64,000 nucleotides of DNA from Bacteroidota bacterium (GTDB lineage Bacteria; Bacteroidota; Bacteroidia; CAILMK01; JAAYUY01), in NCBI GenBank assembly GCA_016776505.1, contig JADHTG010000009.1, positions 6,946 through 70,945 of the forward strand, given 5' to 3'. Under the pieces are notes generated by a model. It was given only the letters and a program-made list of their open reading frames with translations. It was not told the origin of the DNA and made no database searches. Positions 30,960-41,168 of this stretch are shown piece after piece (the first letter of the stretch is position 1; each line of letters starts with the position of its first letter). The translations under genes and the position numbers were made by a program.

Positions 30960-31633
30960 GTTATTATAAATGATTTAAAAATGAATAGCAGTATAAAAAA
31001 TGCAAACTGGCAGGATAGAACCAATTTTGCTATGCTATTCGAAGTACTCACCTGGTTAATTTTAATAAATAGTTGGAATATGAATGCAATAATGAACCAG
31101 GCAATAAAATTCTGCAATGGTATAATTTCATCTTTCCAATGCCACATGTCGAGAGTGGGTGCAAGCTGTTCAAGAAACATATCATATATCAACATGATGG
31201 CAGCTGCAAAAAATGTTTTAAAGCCCAAATGAATATTCACATTCTCAAACAAAGATGCTGTAGTATACGTTAGAATTAACCAGCTCATACCAATCAATAC
31301 TGGGGTTTCCCAAATTTTAATTCCCAAGTTATTTCCATACATATAATGCCCGAAAATAAATCCATGTTTTACACCCAGAATTTCAATTGCAAAGCCAGCA
31401 ATAAAAATGAATATAAAAACTAATGCGCTTTTGTAATTGTATTGACCCCGGTGGTAAATCAGTAAAAATAAAAAGCTTAATAATAGGGCTAAAGGGGTTA
31501 ATTTCTGAAACTGAGATGACAAAGCGGGAGTTAACATGCCTACTGTGCCTGTCACAAAGAAAATGATATAAATACTGAATAGGTATTTTTTATTATTCTC
31601 CACGAATTTGTTAAGCTGTTCAAATTTCAACAT
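30956..31633 (-). CDS. Polytopic membrane protein, possibly a carotenoid-modifying enzyme (CruF/Caroten_synth-like)
   Basis: About 6 TM helices. It sits inside the crt operon with overlapping stops and starts on both sides. Confidence 0.35.
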   Translation of the reverse strand: MLKFEQLNKFVENNKKYLFSIYIIFFVTGTVGMLTPALSSQFQKLTPLALLLSFLFLLIYHRGQYNYKSALVFIFIFIAGFAIEILGVKHGFIFGHYMYGNNLGIKIWETPVLIGMSWLILTYTTASLFENVNIHLGFKTFFAAAIMLIYDMFLEQLAPTLDMWHWKDEIIPLQNFIAWFIIAFIFQLFIKINQVSTSNSIAKLVLSCQFAFFILLFIFKSFIIT

Positions 31634-32336
31634 CCGTTTTACTTTTTGATCTTTTCTGCAATTGATTTGTAAAAGCTTCTAGGACCAGCAGATTTAGCAA
31701 TATTAAACTAAATGCAAATGCTATGTCTTCAAGAGGAATGCTAAATAATCGTATTCCAATATTTTCAGCATTATTATACCAAACCACTTCATGAGGAATA
31801 AAACTGCCAGTTAAAATGGAATCAACAACAAGGAATGGAATGAACATAATAAGAAATGAAATGTAGAAACTTCGCGTCATTTGCGACTTATTAATCAATG
31901 ACCATAACAGTGCAAGGATGGTCACTAAAGCTATGAATAAGGTATAGCTTTTATCTAAGTTAAATACGAGAACCAAAAGAAACAGAACAATCAGGCTGAC
32001 TGAAATAATTGAATTAGTTTTTTTCGAAAGTTTTAGTTTTGGAAAATAGGTGATCATTACATAATGTATGAATATACAAGCATAAGGAACAATTGCAAAG
32101 AACAGCCATTCTTCAATCGGTAAATTTAATAAAAGAATATCAGAATGATAAAGTGGATTGAAACCCCACACTCCGTTTTTAGTCAGTATGATATCAAAAA
32201 GGATAAAAAAGAGTCCAACAATAAAAATAGATGGGGCCAGGGCTTTCCATGTGGTATAAAAATGAACCTTCCTGTCGAAGCTTAATACCAAAGGAATGAC
32301 TATAGATGCGAACAATAGTAAAGCGTAAAGATACAT
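31620..32336 (-). CDS. crtY: Lycopene cyclase domain protein (fused CrtYc/CrtYd type)
   Basis: Two tandem roughly 100-aa membrane domains with the characteristic PxEE motif (LPIEEWLFF) of heterodimeric-type lycopene cyclases. Confidence 0.7.
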   Translation of the reverse strand: MYLYALLLFASIVIPLVLSFDRKVHFYTTWKALAPSIFIVGLFFILFDIILTKNGVWGFNPLYHSDILLLNLPIEEWLFFAIVPYACIFIHYVMITYFPKLKLSKKTNSIISVSLIVLFLLVLVFNLDKSYTLFIALVTILALLWSLINKSQMTRSFYISFLIMFIPFLVVDSILTGSFIPHEVVWYNNAENIGIRLFSIPLEDIAFAFSLILLNLLVLEAFTNQLQKRSKSKTDVEI

Positions 32337-32337
32337 G

Positions 32338-32805
32338 TCAGACAGTTTGCTTTCGTTTGGGGAAAATCAGCAATCCAAAACTATGAAAGTCTTCCTTGCT
32401 TTTACTTATATGATGTCCCAGGTGTGCACTCACCAGATTTCTGAAATATTTTGTCCCTATTTTTTGCAGCCAGGGAGTCTTTATTCGTTGATGAATCATC
32501 ACATCATGAATCATAAAATAGGTCAAACCATAAAAGGCAATTCCAAAACCCGCGTAAACAAAGCCATCCATACTCAAATAAAAACCGCTAATGATTAAAA
32601 CCATAGACGGTATGGCATAGACCAAAAAGAATAGATCATTCTTTTCAAATCGATCATTTTCTGCCTCTTCATATTTCTGATTATCATTTACATGATGGTC
32701 TTTGTGCCAACGCCACAGAAATCCGTGCATTACATATTTATGAGTAAACCAGGCGACAAATTCCATGAACGAAAACGCAATCATAAATAAAATGACATTC
32801 AGCAT
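32338..32805 (-). CDS. crtZ: Beta-carotene 3-hydroxylase
   Basis: Fatty acid hydroxylase superfamily histidine boxes (HKYVMH, HKDHH, HDVMIHQR, HLGHH) in a 155-aa membrane protein. Confidence 0.85.
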   Translation of the reverse strand: MLNVILFMIAFSFMEFVAWFTHKYVMHGFLWRWHKDHHVNDNQKYEEAENDRFEKNDLFFLVYAIPSMVLIISGFYLSMDGFVYAGFGIAFYGLTYFMIHDVMIHQRIKTPWLQKIGTKYFRNLVSAHLGHHISKSKEDFHSFGLLIFPKRKQTV

Positions 32806-32821
32806 GATGATGATTTTAAAT

Positions 32822-33688
32822 TTATATAAGGTTTAATTTATAAGAGGTGTAAGCTTTAAAATACAATGCAAATTTAGTGGTATTATTTACACGGACACGG
32901 GCTGACAGGATACGTTTTGCAGGTGTTTTCTTTAATTTACGAAGCAATTTATTATAATATAAAAATGCCAGGTAAACGGCTATTTTGGAAGTGTTTGGAA
33001 GTTTTAAAATGCCTTTTCTTGCTTCTATAAACTCAAATTCTATCTCCTTAATAAGTTTTGTTTTTACTTCCTCATTGAATTCATTATGTTTCATTTCTGC
33101 GAAATAAGTCCGGTTTAAGTCTTCCATGTCCACTTTTAAATCTCTTAAAAAATTGACTTTTTGAAAAGCGGATCCCAACTTCCTGGCTGATTCTTCAAGT
33201 TCTGCATATTTTTCAGGATTACCCTCAACAAATACCTTTAAACACATCAGTCCAACTACTTCTGCTGAACCATAAACATATTCACTTGTTTCATCGGAAT
33301 TATCATATATGTTTTTTCTTAAATCAGCACGCATACTTTTTAAGAATGCATAAATATGAAGCTCCGGAATTTGGTACTTTCTTACCGTTAATACAAATGA
33401 ATGCAAAGCCGGGTTCATGCTGATGCCATTTTTTAATGCATACTTTAATTCTTCTTCAAATTTATTGATTAAATGTTCCTGATCACTTTCAAGGAAAGTA
33501 TCCACTATTTCATCAGCTAACCTGACAAAGCCATAAATCCCGTGTATGGCACTTCTTAGTTCTGGGGCAAGCATACTCACAGCTGTGTAAAATGATGTTG
33601 AATAGTTTTTAGTGATAATTCTACTTGTTTTAAATGAAATTTTATTATATAAAGTATCCATAATCTTATTTAAGTTATCTTTTTTCAA
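32822..33688 (-). CDS. crtB: Phytoene synthase
   Basis: Squalene/phytoene synthase signature YSTSFYTAVSMLAPELRSAIHGIYGFVRLADEIVD. Confidence 0.9.
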   Translation of the reverse strand: MKKDNLNKIMDTLYNKISFKTSRIITKNYSTSFYTAVSMLAPELRSAIHGIYGFVRLADEIVDTFLESDQEHLINKFEEELKYALKNGISMNPALHSFVLTVRKYQIPELHIYAFLKSMRADLRKNIYDNSDETSEYVYGSAEVVGLMCLKVFVEGNPEKYAELEESARKLGSAFQKVNFLRDLKVDMEDLNRTYFAEMKHNEFNEEVKTKLIKEIEFEFIEARKGILKLPNTSKIAVYLAFLYYNKLLRKLKKTPAKRILSARVRVNNTTKFALYFKAYTSYKLNLI

Positions 33689-34115
33689 ATCCTTTCAAAA
33701 ACTTCCAAAGGAGTGTTCTCATTTGCAATAATTCCTCTATTGGCATTTTCAGAGAATGCAAAAGTTTTTGCGGAACTGCTTCTGCAGCTGTTCTTAGTTT
33801 TTTGCCATTATGAGTTAAAGCAATTTCTAATGTCCTTTCATCGGTAGATGATCTTTGTTTTGTCAGCAAGCCTTTTTCTTTCATTTTGCTTATTAATGGA
33901 CTAAGTGTATTCGAGTTCAGGAATAGTTTTTCGCCCAATTCTCCTATAGTGAGATGCCGGTTTTCCCACAAAACAAGCATGACAATATATTGAGGATATG
34001 TGAGCCCAATTTCTTTTAGATAGGGTTGGTACATTCGCGTTATCATATGTGAACTTGCATATAAAGGAAAGCAAAGCTGATCTTCAAGCAATAAGGACGA
34101 TTTTACTTCTTTCAT
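33675..34115 (-). CDS. MarR family transcriptional regulator
   Basis: Winged-helix MarR pattern (LTYPQYIVMLVLWENRHLTIGELGEKLFLNSNTLSPLISKMKEKGLL). Confidence 0.8.
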   Translation of the reverse strand: MKEVKSSLLLEDQLCFPLYASSHMITRMYQPYLKEIGLTYPQYIVMLVLWENRHLTIGELGEKLFLNSNTLSPLISKMKEKGLLTKQRSSTDERTLEIALTHNGKKLRTAAEAVPQKLLHSLKMPIEELLQMRTLLWKFLKGFEKR

Positions 34116-34591
34116 GTATTCAGTAACTTTATGATATCTTCTTCAATTTTTTCAGGTTTTATCGTGGGAGCATAACGTTTGACTGGTTTTCCATCCCGGT
34201 TGATCAGGAATTTTGTAAAATTCCATTTGATTCTACGACTCAATAGTCCTCCAAATTCTTTCTTCAAATCTTTGAAGAGAGGATTCGCATATGTTCCGTT
34301 TACGTTTATTTTTTCACTTAACTGGAAGCTCACTCCAAAATTTATTTTGCATGCTTCTTCAATAGTTTCATTTGTTTCTGGTTCCTGGTTAAGAAACTGG
34401 TTTGAGGGAAATCCAATGACTACCAGGCCCATTTCCTTATAAGTCTGATGAAGTTTTTCCAGACCTTCAAATTGAGGCGATAAACCACATTTAGTAGCAG
34501 TATTTACAATCAGTAACACTTTTCCCTTAAACTCACTTAAAGGTATGACCTGAGCTTGTGGTGTTTTTATCGTGTGCGTATATATATTCAT
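34112..34591 (-). CDS. Glutathione peroxidase
   Basis: Active-site NTATKCG motif with FPSNQF and WNFTKFL signatures. Confidence 0.9.
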   Translation of the reverse strand: MNIYTHTIKTPQAQVIPLSEFKGKVLLIVNTATKCGLSPQFEGLEKLHQTYKEMGLVVIGFPSNQFLNQEPETNETIEEACKINFGVSFQLSEKINVNGTYANPLFKDLKKEFGGLLSRRIKWNFTKFLINRDGKPVKRYAPTIKPEKIEEDIIKLLNT

Positions 34592-34722
34592 TCTCTTTAT
34601 TTAAATCGCAAGCGATTAAATCGGGTTAGACAAAAACAATACCAATTCTAAATTAGGAAATAATCTAAATTAAAATATTGTTGAAATGGTGTTTTAGTGA
34701 AGAAAAACGGATTATCTGCTTG

Positions 34723-35844
34723 TTAGATTTCGTTTGAGAATGCTAGAATTGCTTCAGCTAAGTTTTTCCACGAATTCATTTTTTTAAATTCCTGGATAGC
34801 TGAAACAAACTCTTTTTCCCGGGCTGAGTTGAAAAATTCGCGGACTTTATCCGCAATCATTTCAGGATTTGCCTCTGGGATAATCATACCACCACGACTC
34901 GACTCAACAGTTTGTTTAAGGCTTCCCACATCTGTGACCAATACAGGCAGGTCGAAATGATAGGCAATGGATAAAATTCCGCTTTGAGTAGCGGACCGGT
35001 AAGGGAGCACATTGACATCCGAAGCGGAGAAAAACAAGGGAACTTCTTCATCCCGGATATATCTCAAATTAATGTGTGTTTTAGTCCTGAGATTCAATTT
35101 GTCAATTAAATCATGATATTTTTTATCGTCCCCATAAACCTCACCTGCAATGATCAGGTAATAATCATCCGGCAAGCTGGCCATGGCTTCGAGCAATAAG
35201 TCAAGTCCTTTATAATCGCGTATGAACCCGAAAAAAAGAAGTACTTTCTTGTTCTGAGGGATACCTAATTTATTTCTAGCCTCCTTTTGCTCCATTTTAC
35301 TCCCAAAATGATCATAAAGCGGATGCTCATGAAAAACGAACCTGGCACCTGCTTTCAGAGCTAATAAATTATTTTTTACGGTTTCACTCATCACTACAAA
35401 GCCTGAATTGCGTTTTAGAAAATACTTACTAAAAGGAATATCGTAGAATTTCTTTTCGTGTGGGACCACATTATCAAGGATGCTTATGACTTTGCTTCCC
35501 GATCGTTTCACCTGAGCTGCCACATAACCCAATGAAGGAGCAAAAAATGGCATCCAGTATTTCATGATCATCAAATCCGGCTTAAAATCTTTTATTTTAT
35601 TTGCGGTTTTGACATAAGAAAATGGATTTATTGTATCCAGAATTTGTAATGCAGGGATTTTTTCAATGGCATCCTCCTCAGTAACCAGCTGGGTTTTTCC
35701 GGGGAAGAGTAAGTCGGGATATTGCCGTGTGAAGGTAAAAGCTTTTATTTCATGATTATTTTTGAATGCATTAAAAAGGGAATGGTTGAATTGGGTGATC
35801 CCACCTCTGAAAGGATAGAAGGTTGAAAGGTATGCGATCTTCAT
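34723..35844 (-). CDS. Glycosyltransferase family 4
   Basis: GT-B fold with a C-terminal E-x7-E-like motif region (LPYRSATQSGILSIAYHFDLPVL...). Confidence 0.75.
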   Translation of the reverse strand: MKIAYLSTFYPFRGGITQFNHSLFNAFKNNHEIKAFTFTRQYPDLLFPGKTQLVTEEDAIEKIPALQILDTINPFSYVKTANKIKDFKPDLMIMKYWMPFFAPSLGYVAAQVKRSGSKVISILDNVVPHEKKFYDIPFSKYFLKRNSGFVVMSETVKNNLLALKAGARFVFHEHPLYDHFGSKMEQKEARNKLGIPQNKKVLLFFGFIRDYKGLDLLLEAMASLPDDYYLIIAGEVYGDDKKYHDLIDKLNLRTKTHINLRYIRDEEVPLFFSASDVNVLPYRSATQSGILSIAYHFDLPVLVTDVGSLKQTVESSRGGMIIPEANPEMIADKVREFFNSAREKEFVSAIQEFKKMNSWKNLAEAILAFSNEI

Positions 35845-36017
35845 ACTTTGTTTACAGTTAAGTTTTACTGTTTATCACTACCAAGATGCCAAGACAGCAG
35901 GAAACAAAAAGATGTAAAAAAGGAATTTTTGTGAACCTTTATGTCTTTGTGCTTTAACCATTTTATTCTATTTATAGGTGAAAATTAACAATCCGTGACG
36001 AAAACACCACCACACCA

Positions 36018-37127
36018 CTAAAGATTCCTCCATATTGCCCCATACACCTCTTCCACTGATATATCCCGCATACAATGCCTTTCCCGGGAGCAAGAAGTGC
36101 CATAATAACAATCGCAACCTGAAGAAGGGGAAATGATTTCACCCCTATTGTAAAGTTCAAACTCATTTTTATTGAAAATATTCACAAACAGTATCATGGG
36201 TTTTTTCAACCCGGTGGCTATGTGCATCATCATGGAAACAGCAGTAACAATTAAATCCGTGTTGTTTGTCAAAGCAATAAATTCCTGCAGGGAATAGGTG
36301 CCCGGGTAATAACAGCCGGTTTTTTCAGCATAGATTTTATTTTGAGCATCTTCATCCGGTCCACCTAAAACAACAGGACAATAATCATTTTGCTGCAATT
36401 TTTGAATGAGTTCAATCCAATATTCAGTTGGCCATAGTCGGGTCAGCCAGCGGTTTCCACAACCTGTATTCAGGCCGATGATTTTTTTTCCATTTGCTTT
36501 ATCTCCTAAAATCTTCATCCATTTGCTGTCAAAATCAGGATCCACATCCAGCAGGTATTCTTCGAAATTGAATTTAAAATGGCAGATTTCAAAAATCTCT
36601 TCCAGGTAACTTTTGGTATTGGCTTGTGAAACAGAATCATAAAGACCGGTTATAAGTTTATGTTCAGCTGCGGGGGTTGCTGGAGCCATATGATTATCCT
36701 TCAGCGAAAAGCCATATTTTTCTTCTGCTTGCAGTTCATTCAGTAATGAACAGGCCTCAAATTCTTTATCCAGGTTGATGGCTATATCAAACTTTTTATT
36801 TCTCAAAATATAGGCGGAAGTAAAGTTCCATTTATAAATCTGGTCAATATTCTTTTTGGAAAGAATATCCGGGAAATGTGTCAACCAGCTAATATGGCAA
36901 TCGGGATATAAGTCTTTAAATTTAACAACCAGGGGAGTTGTTCTTATCACATCACCAATAGCTCCGAGTTTAATAATTAAAATACGTTTGGAAACTGGAG
37001 TATACTCATCGCAACTGTCACAAATTTTGTTTCGTTCTTTGTTTGGCTTACACGGAAAATCTCCGATGAAATATTTGCAATCAAATTTTACCTTGGACAA
37101 ATTCATTATGAATGCATTTAGGCACAC
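36018..37127 (-). CDS. Glycosyltransferase family 9 (heptosyltransferase-like) with Cys-rich N-terminal extension
   Basis: GT9 N-terminal motif RILIIKLGAIGDVIRTTPL, preceded by a C-x8-C-x9-C-x2-C segment. Confidence 0.7.
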   Translation of the reverse strand: MCLNAFIMNLSKVKFDCKYFIGDFPCKPNKERNKICDSCDEYTPVSKRILIIKLGAIGDVIRTTPLVVKFKDLYPDCHISWLTHFPDILSKKNIDQIYKWNFTSAYILRNKKFDIAINLDKEFEACSLLNELQAEEKYGFSLKDNHMAPATPAAEHKLITGLYDSVSQANTKSYLEEIFEICHFKFNFEEYLLDVDPDFDSKWMKILGDKANGKKIIGLNTGCGNRWLTRLWPTEYWIELIQKLQQNDYCPVVLGGPDEDAQNKIYAEKTGCYYPGTYSLQEFIALTNNTDLIVTAVSMMMHIATGLKKPMILFVNIFNKNEFELYNRGEIISPSSGCDCYYGTSCSRERHCMRDISVEEVYGAIWRNL

Positions 37128-37191
37128 AAAGATAAAAAGGAATTCTTTAGTTTAAGATTGAGAATTAGCCCAGTCTGGTAATTGCTTAATT

Positions 37192-37350
37192 CTTAACTTT
37201 CTCCTGTAAAAACAAAAATTTTGTTTTAAAAAAATTACAAAATCTATGTGTTCAGTCGGAAACAATTCGCTTTCACATCTATTTTTTCCATTTGACTTTT
37301 GAAATTTCAAACGTTAAAAAATACATGTATATTTGATTCAAATTTAATAA
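37192..37350 (+). repeat. Copy B of the same intergenic promoter module (with a roughly 25-nt insertion)
   Basis: cttaactttctcctgtaaaaa...gttcagtcggaaacaattcgctttcacatctatttttt...tttgaaatttcaaacgttaaaaaatacatgtatatttga. Confidence 0.6.
37328..37335 (+). promoter_or_regulatory. Bacteroidetes-type -7 box TATATTTG with upstream palindromic TTGAAATTTCAA
   Basis: Identical 40-nt core to the element at 19540-19580, located 22 nt upstream of the prolyl oligopeptidase ATG. Confidence 0.45.
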
Positions 37351-37356
37351 AGCATC

Positions 37357-39471
37357 ATGAGAAATTTATCCTGGCTTATAGTTTTTGCATTATTATTTGC
37401 CTGTAATAAGAAGCCTGAAAATAAGAAGATTGTATATCCGGAAACGAAAAAAGTAAATCAGGTGGACGATTATTTCGGAACTGAAGTAGCAGATCCCTAC
37501 AGGTGGCTTGAAAATGATACTTCATCTGAAACCGCAGAATGGGTGGCCATGCAAAATGATTTGACCAGGGCTTACCTGGATTCCCTGCCGTACCTGGAAA
37601 AAATAAAGGACAGGCTGACCCAATTATGGGATTATCCCAGGCAAGGTGTACCTGTAAAAGGAGGAAATAATTATGTTTTCGGCAAGAATGACGGTTTACA
37701 AGCCCAAAGCGTGTTATATATCATGAAGGGTTTAGATTCTATACCTGAGATTTTCCTGGATCCAAATAAACTTTCAGATGATGGGACAGTAGCTTTATCG
37801 TCCTATAAATTATCTAAGAATGGAAATTATTTCGCCTATGCTATTTCCAGGAGTGGTTCCGACTGGAATGAGATTTATATCATGGATGTGGAAAGCAAAA
37901 GCCAGCTTACTGACCATTTGGAATGGGTGAAGTTCTCTGGAATTTCATGGCATGGGGATGGGTTTTATTATTCAAGATATCCTGCGCCCAAAAGTGGAAC
38001 TGAATTATCTGCCCTCAACCAGAACCATTCTATCTACTATCACCAGCTAGGTACAGACCAAAGTGATGACATACTAGTATTCAATGATCCGTTAAATCCT
38101 TCTTACAGTTATTATGGGGGAGTTACTTATGATAATCGTTTCATGCTTGTTTACGGAAGTGAATCAACAAATGGAAACTCGCTGAGATTCAGAAGAGTAC
38201 AGGATAATTCAAAAGACTTTAAGCTCATTGATGAAGGATTCAATTATAATTTTAATGTGGTTGATAACATAGGTGATTCATTATTGATCTTGACCAATAA
38301 GGGAGCTTCTAATTATCGTCTGGCTGTGGTTGATACAAAAGATCCTGATTTAAAATTGAAAGACTTGATCCCCCAGCAGGATTTTCCATTGCAGAGGGCA
38401 AGTGTCACAGGAGGAAAGATTTTCGCTCAATATATGAAAGATGCCACCGATCATGTTTTTATGTATGATCTGAATGGAAGCTTTATCAAAGAAATTGATA
38501 TGCCTGGTCCGGGATCCATTTCAGGGTTCAGTGGCCATTCAGACGACAGCCTGGTTTTTTATTCCTATACCTCCTTTATCTCCCCATCATCGATTTATCT
38601 GTTTGATGTTAAAAAACAGACTTCTGAGTTATATTTTGAATCGGAAATTAATTTCGATTTCAGGGAATATGAAAGTAAACAGGTCTTTATTAGCAGCAAA
38701 GATGGCACGCAGCTTCCTTTATTTATCACGCATAAAAAGGATATAAAACTGGATGGAAACAATCCAGTTCTTTTATATGGCTATGGGGGATTCAACATCA
38801 GCTTGTCGCCTTCCTTTTCAATTACCAACCTGGTTTTTCTCGAACATGGAGGGATTTATGCCATGGCCTGTTTAAGAGGAGGAGGAGAATATGGTGAAGA
38901 CTGGCATAAGGCAGGTATGCGACTGAATAAGCAAAATGTATTCGATGATTTTATTTCCGCAGCTGAATATCTGATAAATAAAAAATATACAAAATCAGAT
39001 AAAATGGCTATTCGGGGAGCATCAAATGGTGGTTTATTGGTAGGTGCATGTCTTGAGCAGCGTCCAGATTTGTTCAAGGTGGCTTTACCCGCTGTTGGGG
39101 TAATGGATATGCTACGATATCAACGATTCTCAGCAGGAGTTTTTTGGGTGGATGAGTATGGCAGTAGTGACGAAAAAGAGATGTTTGACTATATTTATCG
39201 CTACTCCCCACTGCACAATATAAAAAGTGGCGTGAATTATCCTGCCACTTTGGTCACCACAGCCGATCATGACGACCGGGTGGTTCCCGCTCATTCATTT
39301 AAATTCATTGCCACACTACAGGAACATCAAAAAAGCACGAATCCGGTGCTTATCAGGATCAGTGAAAAAGCAGGACATGGTTCTGGTAAACCCACACAAA
39401 AAATAATTGAAGAATATGCTGACATGTGGACCTTCGTTTTCAAAAATTTGAATATAAAAGTGATTTACTAA
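37357..39471 (+). CDS. Prolyl oligopeptidase family S9A (secreted/lipoprotein)
   Basis: N-terminal beta-propeller plus C-terminal catalytic domain with GASNGGLLVGA nucleophile elbow and the D and H of the triad; lipobox LFACNKK. Confidence 0.9.
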   Translation: MRNLSWLIVFALLFACNKKPENKKIVYPETKKVNQVDDYFGTEVADPYRWLENDTSSETAEWVAMQNDLTRAYLDSLPYLEKIKDRLTQLWDYPRQGVPVKGGNNYVFGKNDGLQAQSVLYIMKGLDSIPEIFLDPNKLSDDGTVALSSYKLSKNGNYFAYAISRSGSDWNEIYIMDVESKSQLTDHLEWVKFSGISWHGDGFYYSRYPAPKSGTELSALNQNHSIYYHQLGTDQSDDILVFNDPLNPSYSYYGGVTYDNRFMLVYGSESTNGNSLRFRRVQDNSKDFKLIDEGFNYNFNVVDNIGDSLLILTNKGASNYRLAVVDTKDPDLKLKDLIPQQDFPLQRASVTGGKIFAQYMKDATDHVFMYDLNGSFIKEIDMPGPGSISGFSGHSDDSLVFYSYTSFISPSSIYLFDVKKQTSELYFESEINFDFREYESKQVFISSKDGTQLPLFITHKKDIKLDGNNPVLLYGYGGFNISLSPSFSITNLVFLEHGGIYAMACLRGGGEYGEDWHKAGMRLNKQNVFDDFISAAEYLINKKYTKSDKMAIRGASNGGLLVGACLEQRPDLFKVALPAVGVMDMLRYQRFSAGVFWVDEYGSSDEKEMFDYIYRYSPLHNIKSGVNYPATLVTTADHDDRVVPAHSFKFIATLQEHQKSTNPVLIRISEKAGHGSGKPTQKIIEEYADMWTFVFKNLNIKVIY

Positions 39472-39472
39472 T

Positions 39473-40726
39473 ATGGTCCTCAAATCCCGTTTTATATTGC
39501 TTCTCATTATCCCTTTGTTTTTGAACACCCTGGATTCGCATGCTCAATTAGCAGGCTGTACGGATTCAAGAGCAAACAATTACAATCCCATTGCCACGAT
39601 AAACGACGGATCCTGTCTCTATGACAAAACAATAGTTAATCCCAGGGTTGTTATTCCTGAACTGCCTTTGAATTTATTTGAAAACAGTGGAATGATCAGT
39701 TTCAACGGGCTGTTATGGTTCCATAATGACAGTGGAGGAGAAGCAGAATTATATGGCCTGGATTCCCTTACAAATGAAATCAAAGCGACAATCAGGCTTA
39801 CCAACGCCACAAATACTGACTGGGAGGATGTATGCCAGGATAGTTTGTTTGTATATGTAGGTGATTTTGGAAACAATACAGGTACACGATCAGACTTGAA
39901 GATTTACAGAATAGATAAATCAGTTTTTCCGGATACAGGAACAGTGAACGTTTATGCAAATAGCATTGCGTATTTCTATCCGGATCAGGTAGATTTCACA
40001 GAGAGAAATAATAAACACAATTTCGATTGTGAAGCTTTTTTCATTCATTCAGATCACATGTATTTATTCTCTAAAAACTGGGTAAATGAATGGACCAAGG
40101 TTTACAGAATACCGACACAACCTGGAACTTATGTGGCTGGTTTAGTGGATTCATTTAATGTAAAAGGCTTAATTACTTCAGCTGATTTTGATGAGGCCAG
40201 GCAGGAGCTTGCCTTATTGGGATATCAGAACTATGTACCCTTTTTCTGGTTGATGTTTGACTTCCATGGCAATGATTTTTTTTCGGGAAACAAAAGAAGG
40301 TTTGACTTCCCTTTTACTCAAATTGGTACACAGGCGGAAGCTTTGATCTTTCATCCAGACAATGGGATTTATATTTCATCGGAAAAAAGTACGCTTATCG
40401 CCAATAAATTAATGGAAATGCATACATGGCCATGGACCAAAACCTTACATACAGGATTTACAGAAGCTGACTCATCAGAATTTATTGTTTATCCCAATCC
40501 GAATCAGGGGAGTCTTCGCATGAGTCTTCCTGAGAATAATTCAGCAATCATGAATATTCAAATCATTGATTCATCCGGCCGAACTGTTTTTGAATTAAAG
40601 AGTGAACGCATAGTGGATGAAGAAGAAATCGAATTAGACACCCAAAATATTCCAGGAGGTAACTATTTTTTAATCATCACAACAGAATCTGAGATATACA
40701 GGAAAAGTATCCATTTAGTGGATTGA
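39473..40726 (+). CDS. Secreted hypothetical protein with T9SS C-terminal sorting domain
   Basis: Signal peptide, short N-terminal Cys-loop module and a C-terminal T9SS CTD (FIVYPNPNQGSLRMSL...GGNYFLIITTE). It starts 2 nt after the peptidase stop. Confidence 0.55.
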   Translation: MVLKSRFILLLIIPLFLNTLDSHAQLAGCTDSRANNYNPIATINDGSCLYDKTIVNPRVVIPELPLNLFENSGMISFNGLLWFHNDSGGEAELYGLDSLTNEIKATIRLTNATNTDWEDVCQDSLFVYVGDFGNNTGTRSDLKIYRIDKSVFPDTGTVNVYANSIAYFYPDQVDFTERNNKHNFDCEAFFIHSDHMYLFSKNWVNEWTKVYRIPTQPGTYVAGLVDSFNVKGLITSADFDEARQELALLGYQNYVPFFWLMFDFHGNDFFSGNKRRFDFPFTQIGTQAEALIFHPDNGIYISSEKSTLIANKLMEMHTWPWTKTLHTGFTEADSSEFIVYPNPNQGSLRMSLPENNSAIMNIQIIDSSGRTVFELKSERIVDEEEIELDTQNIPGGNYFLIITTESEIYRKSIHLVD

Positions 40727-40742
40727 AACATCTTATAATTAC

Positions 40743-41165
40743 ATGCTGGCTGTAGGAAAAAACAAAATAATTCTTTTAGCTCTGCTTAGTTTTCTGAGCT
40801 CCTGCCGATCGACAAAAGTGATCGAAAATGAAAGTTGGCTGATAGGTAAATGGTCTATCATAGCAATTAATACTGGTGCAGAAATTCCAAAGGATGATCG
40901 TAGCGAATACAATGAGATTATGGCTAAAATGATTAAAAATGGATATATGCAGTTCAACTTGGATAATAGTTTTGAGATGCAATTAATGAGACAAAAGCTG
41001 AAGGGTACGTATCGCCTATTGAATAAGGAAACCGAGATCTTAACTGCCATTGAAGGACAAGATGATGAAGATCATTTTAAACTGTGGTTAATTGAGCCCA
41101 GGAAAATAATTCTGGAAACTGAGGACGATCAGGGGATCATAACCTTGACACTAATAAAAGAATAA
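40743..41165 (+). CDS. Lipoprotein, unknown function
   Basis: Signal peptide with lipobox LSSC. Confidence 0.4.
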   Translation: MLAVGKNKIILLALLSFLSSCRSTKVIENESWLIGKWSIIAINTGAEIPKDDRSEYNEIMAKMIKNGYMQFNLDNSFEMQLMRQKLKGTYRLLNKETEILTAIEGQDDEDHFKLWLIEPRKIILETEDDQGIITLTLIKE

Positions 41166-41168
41166 AAA

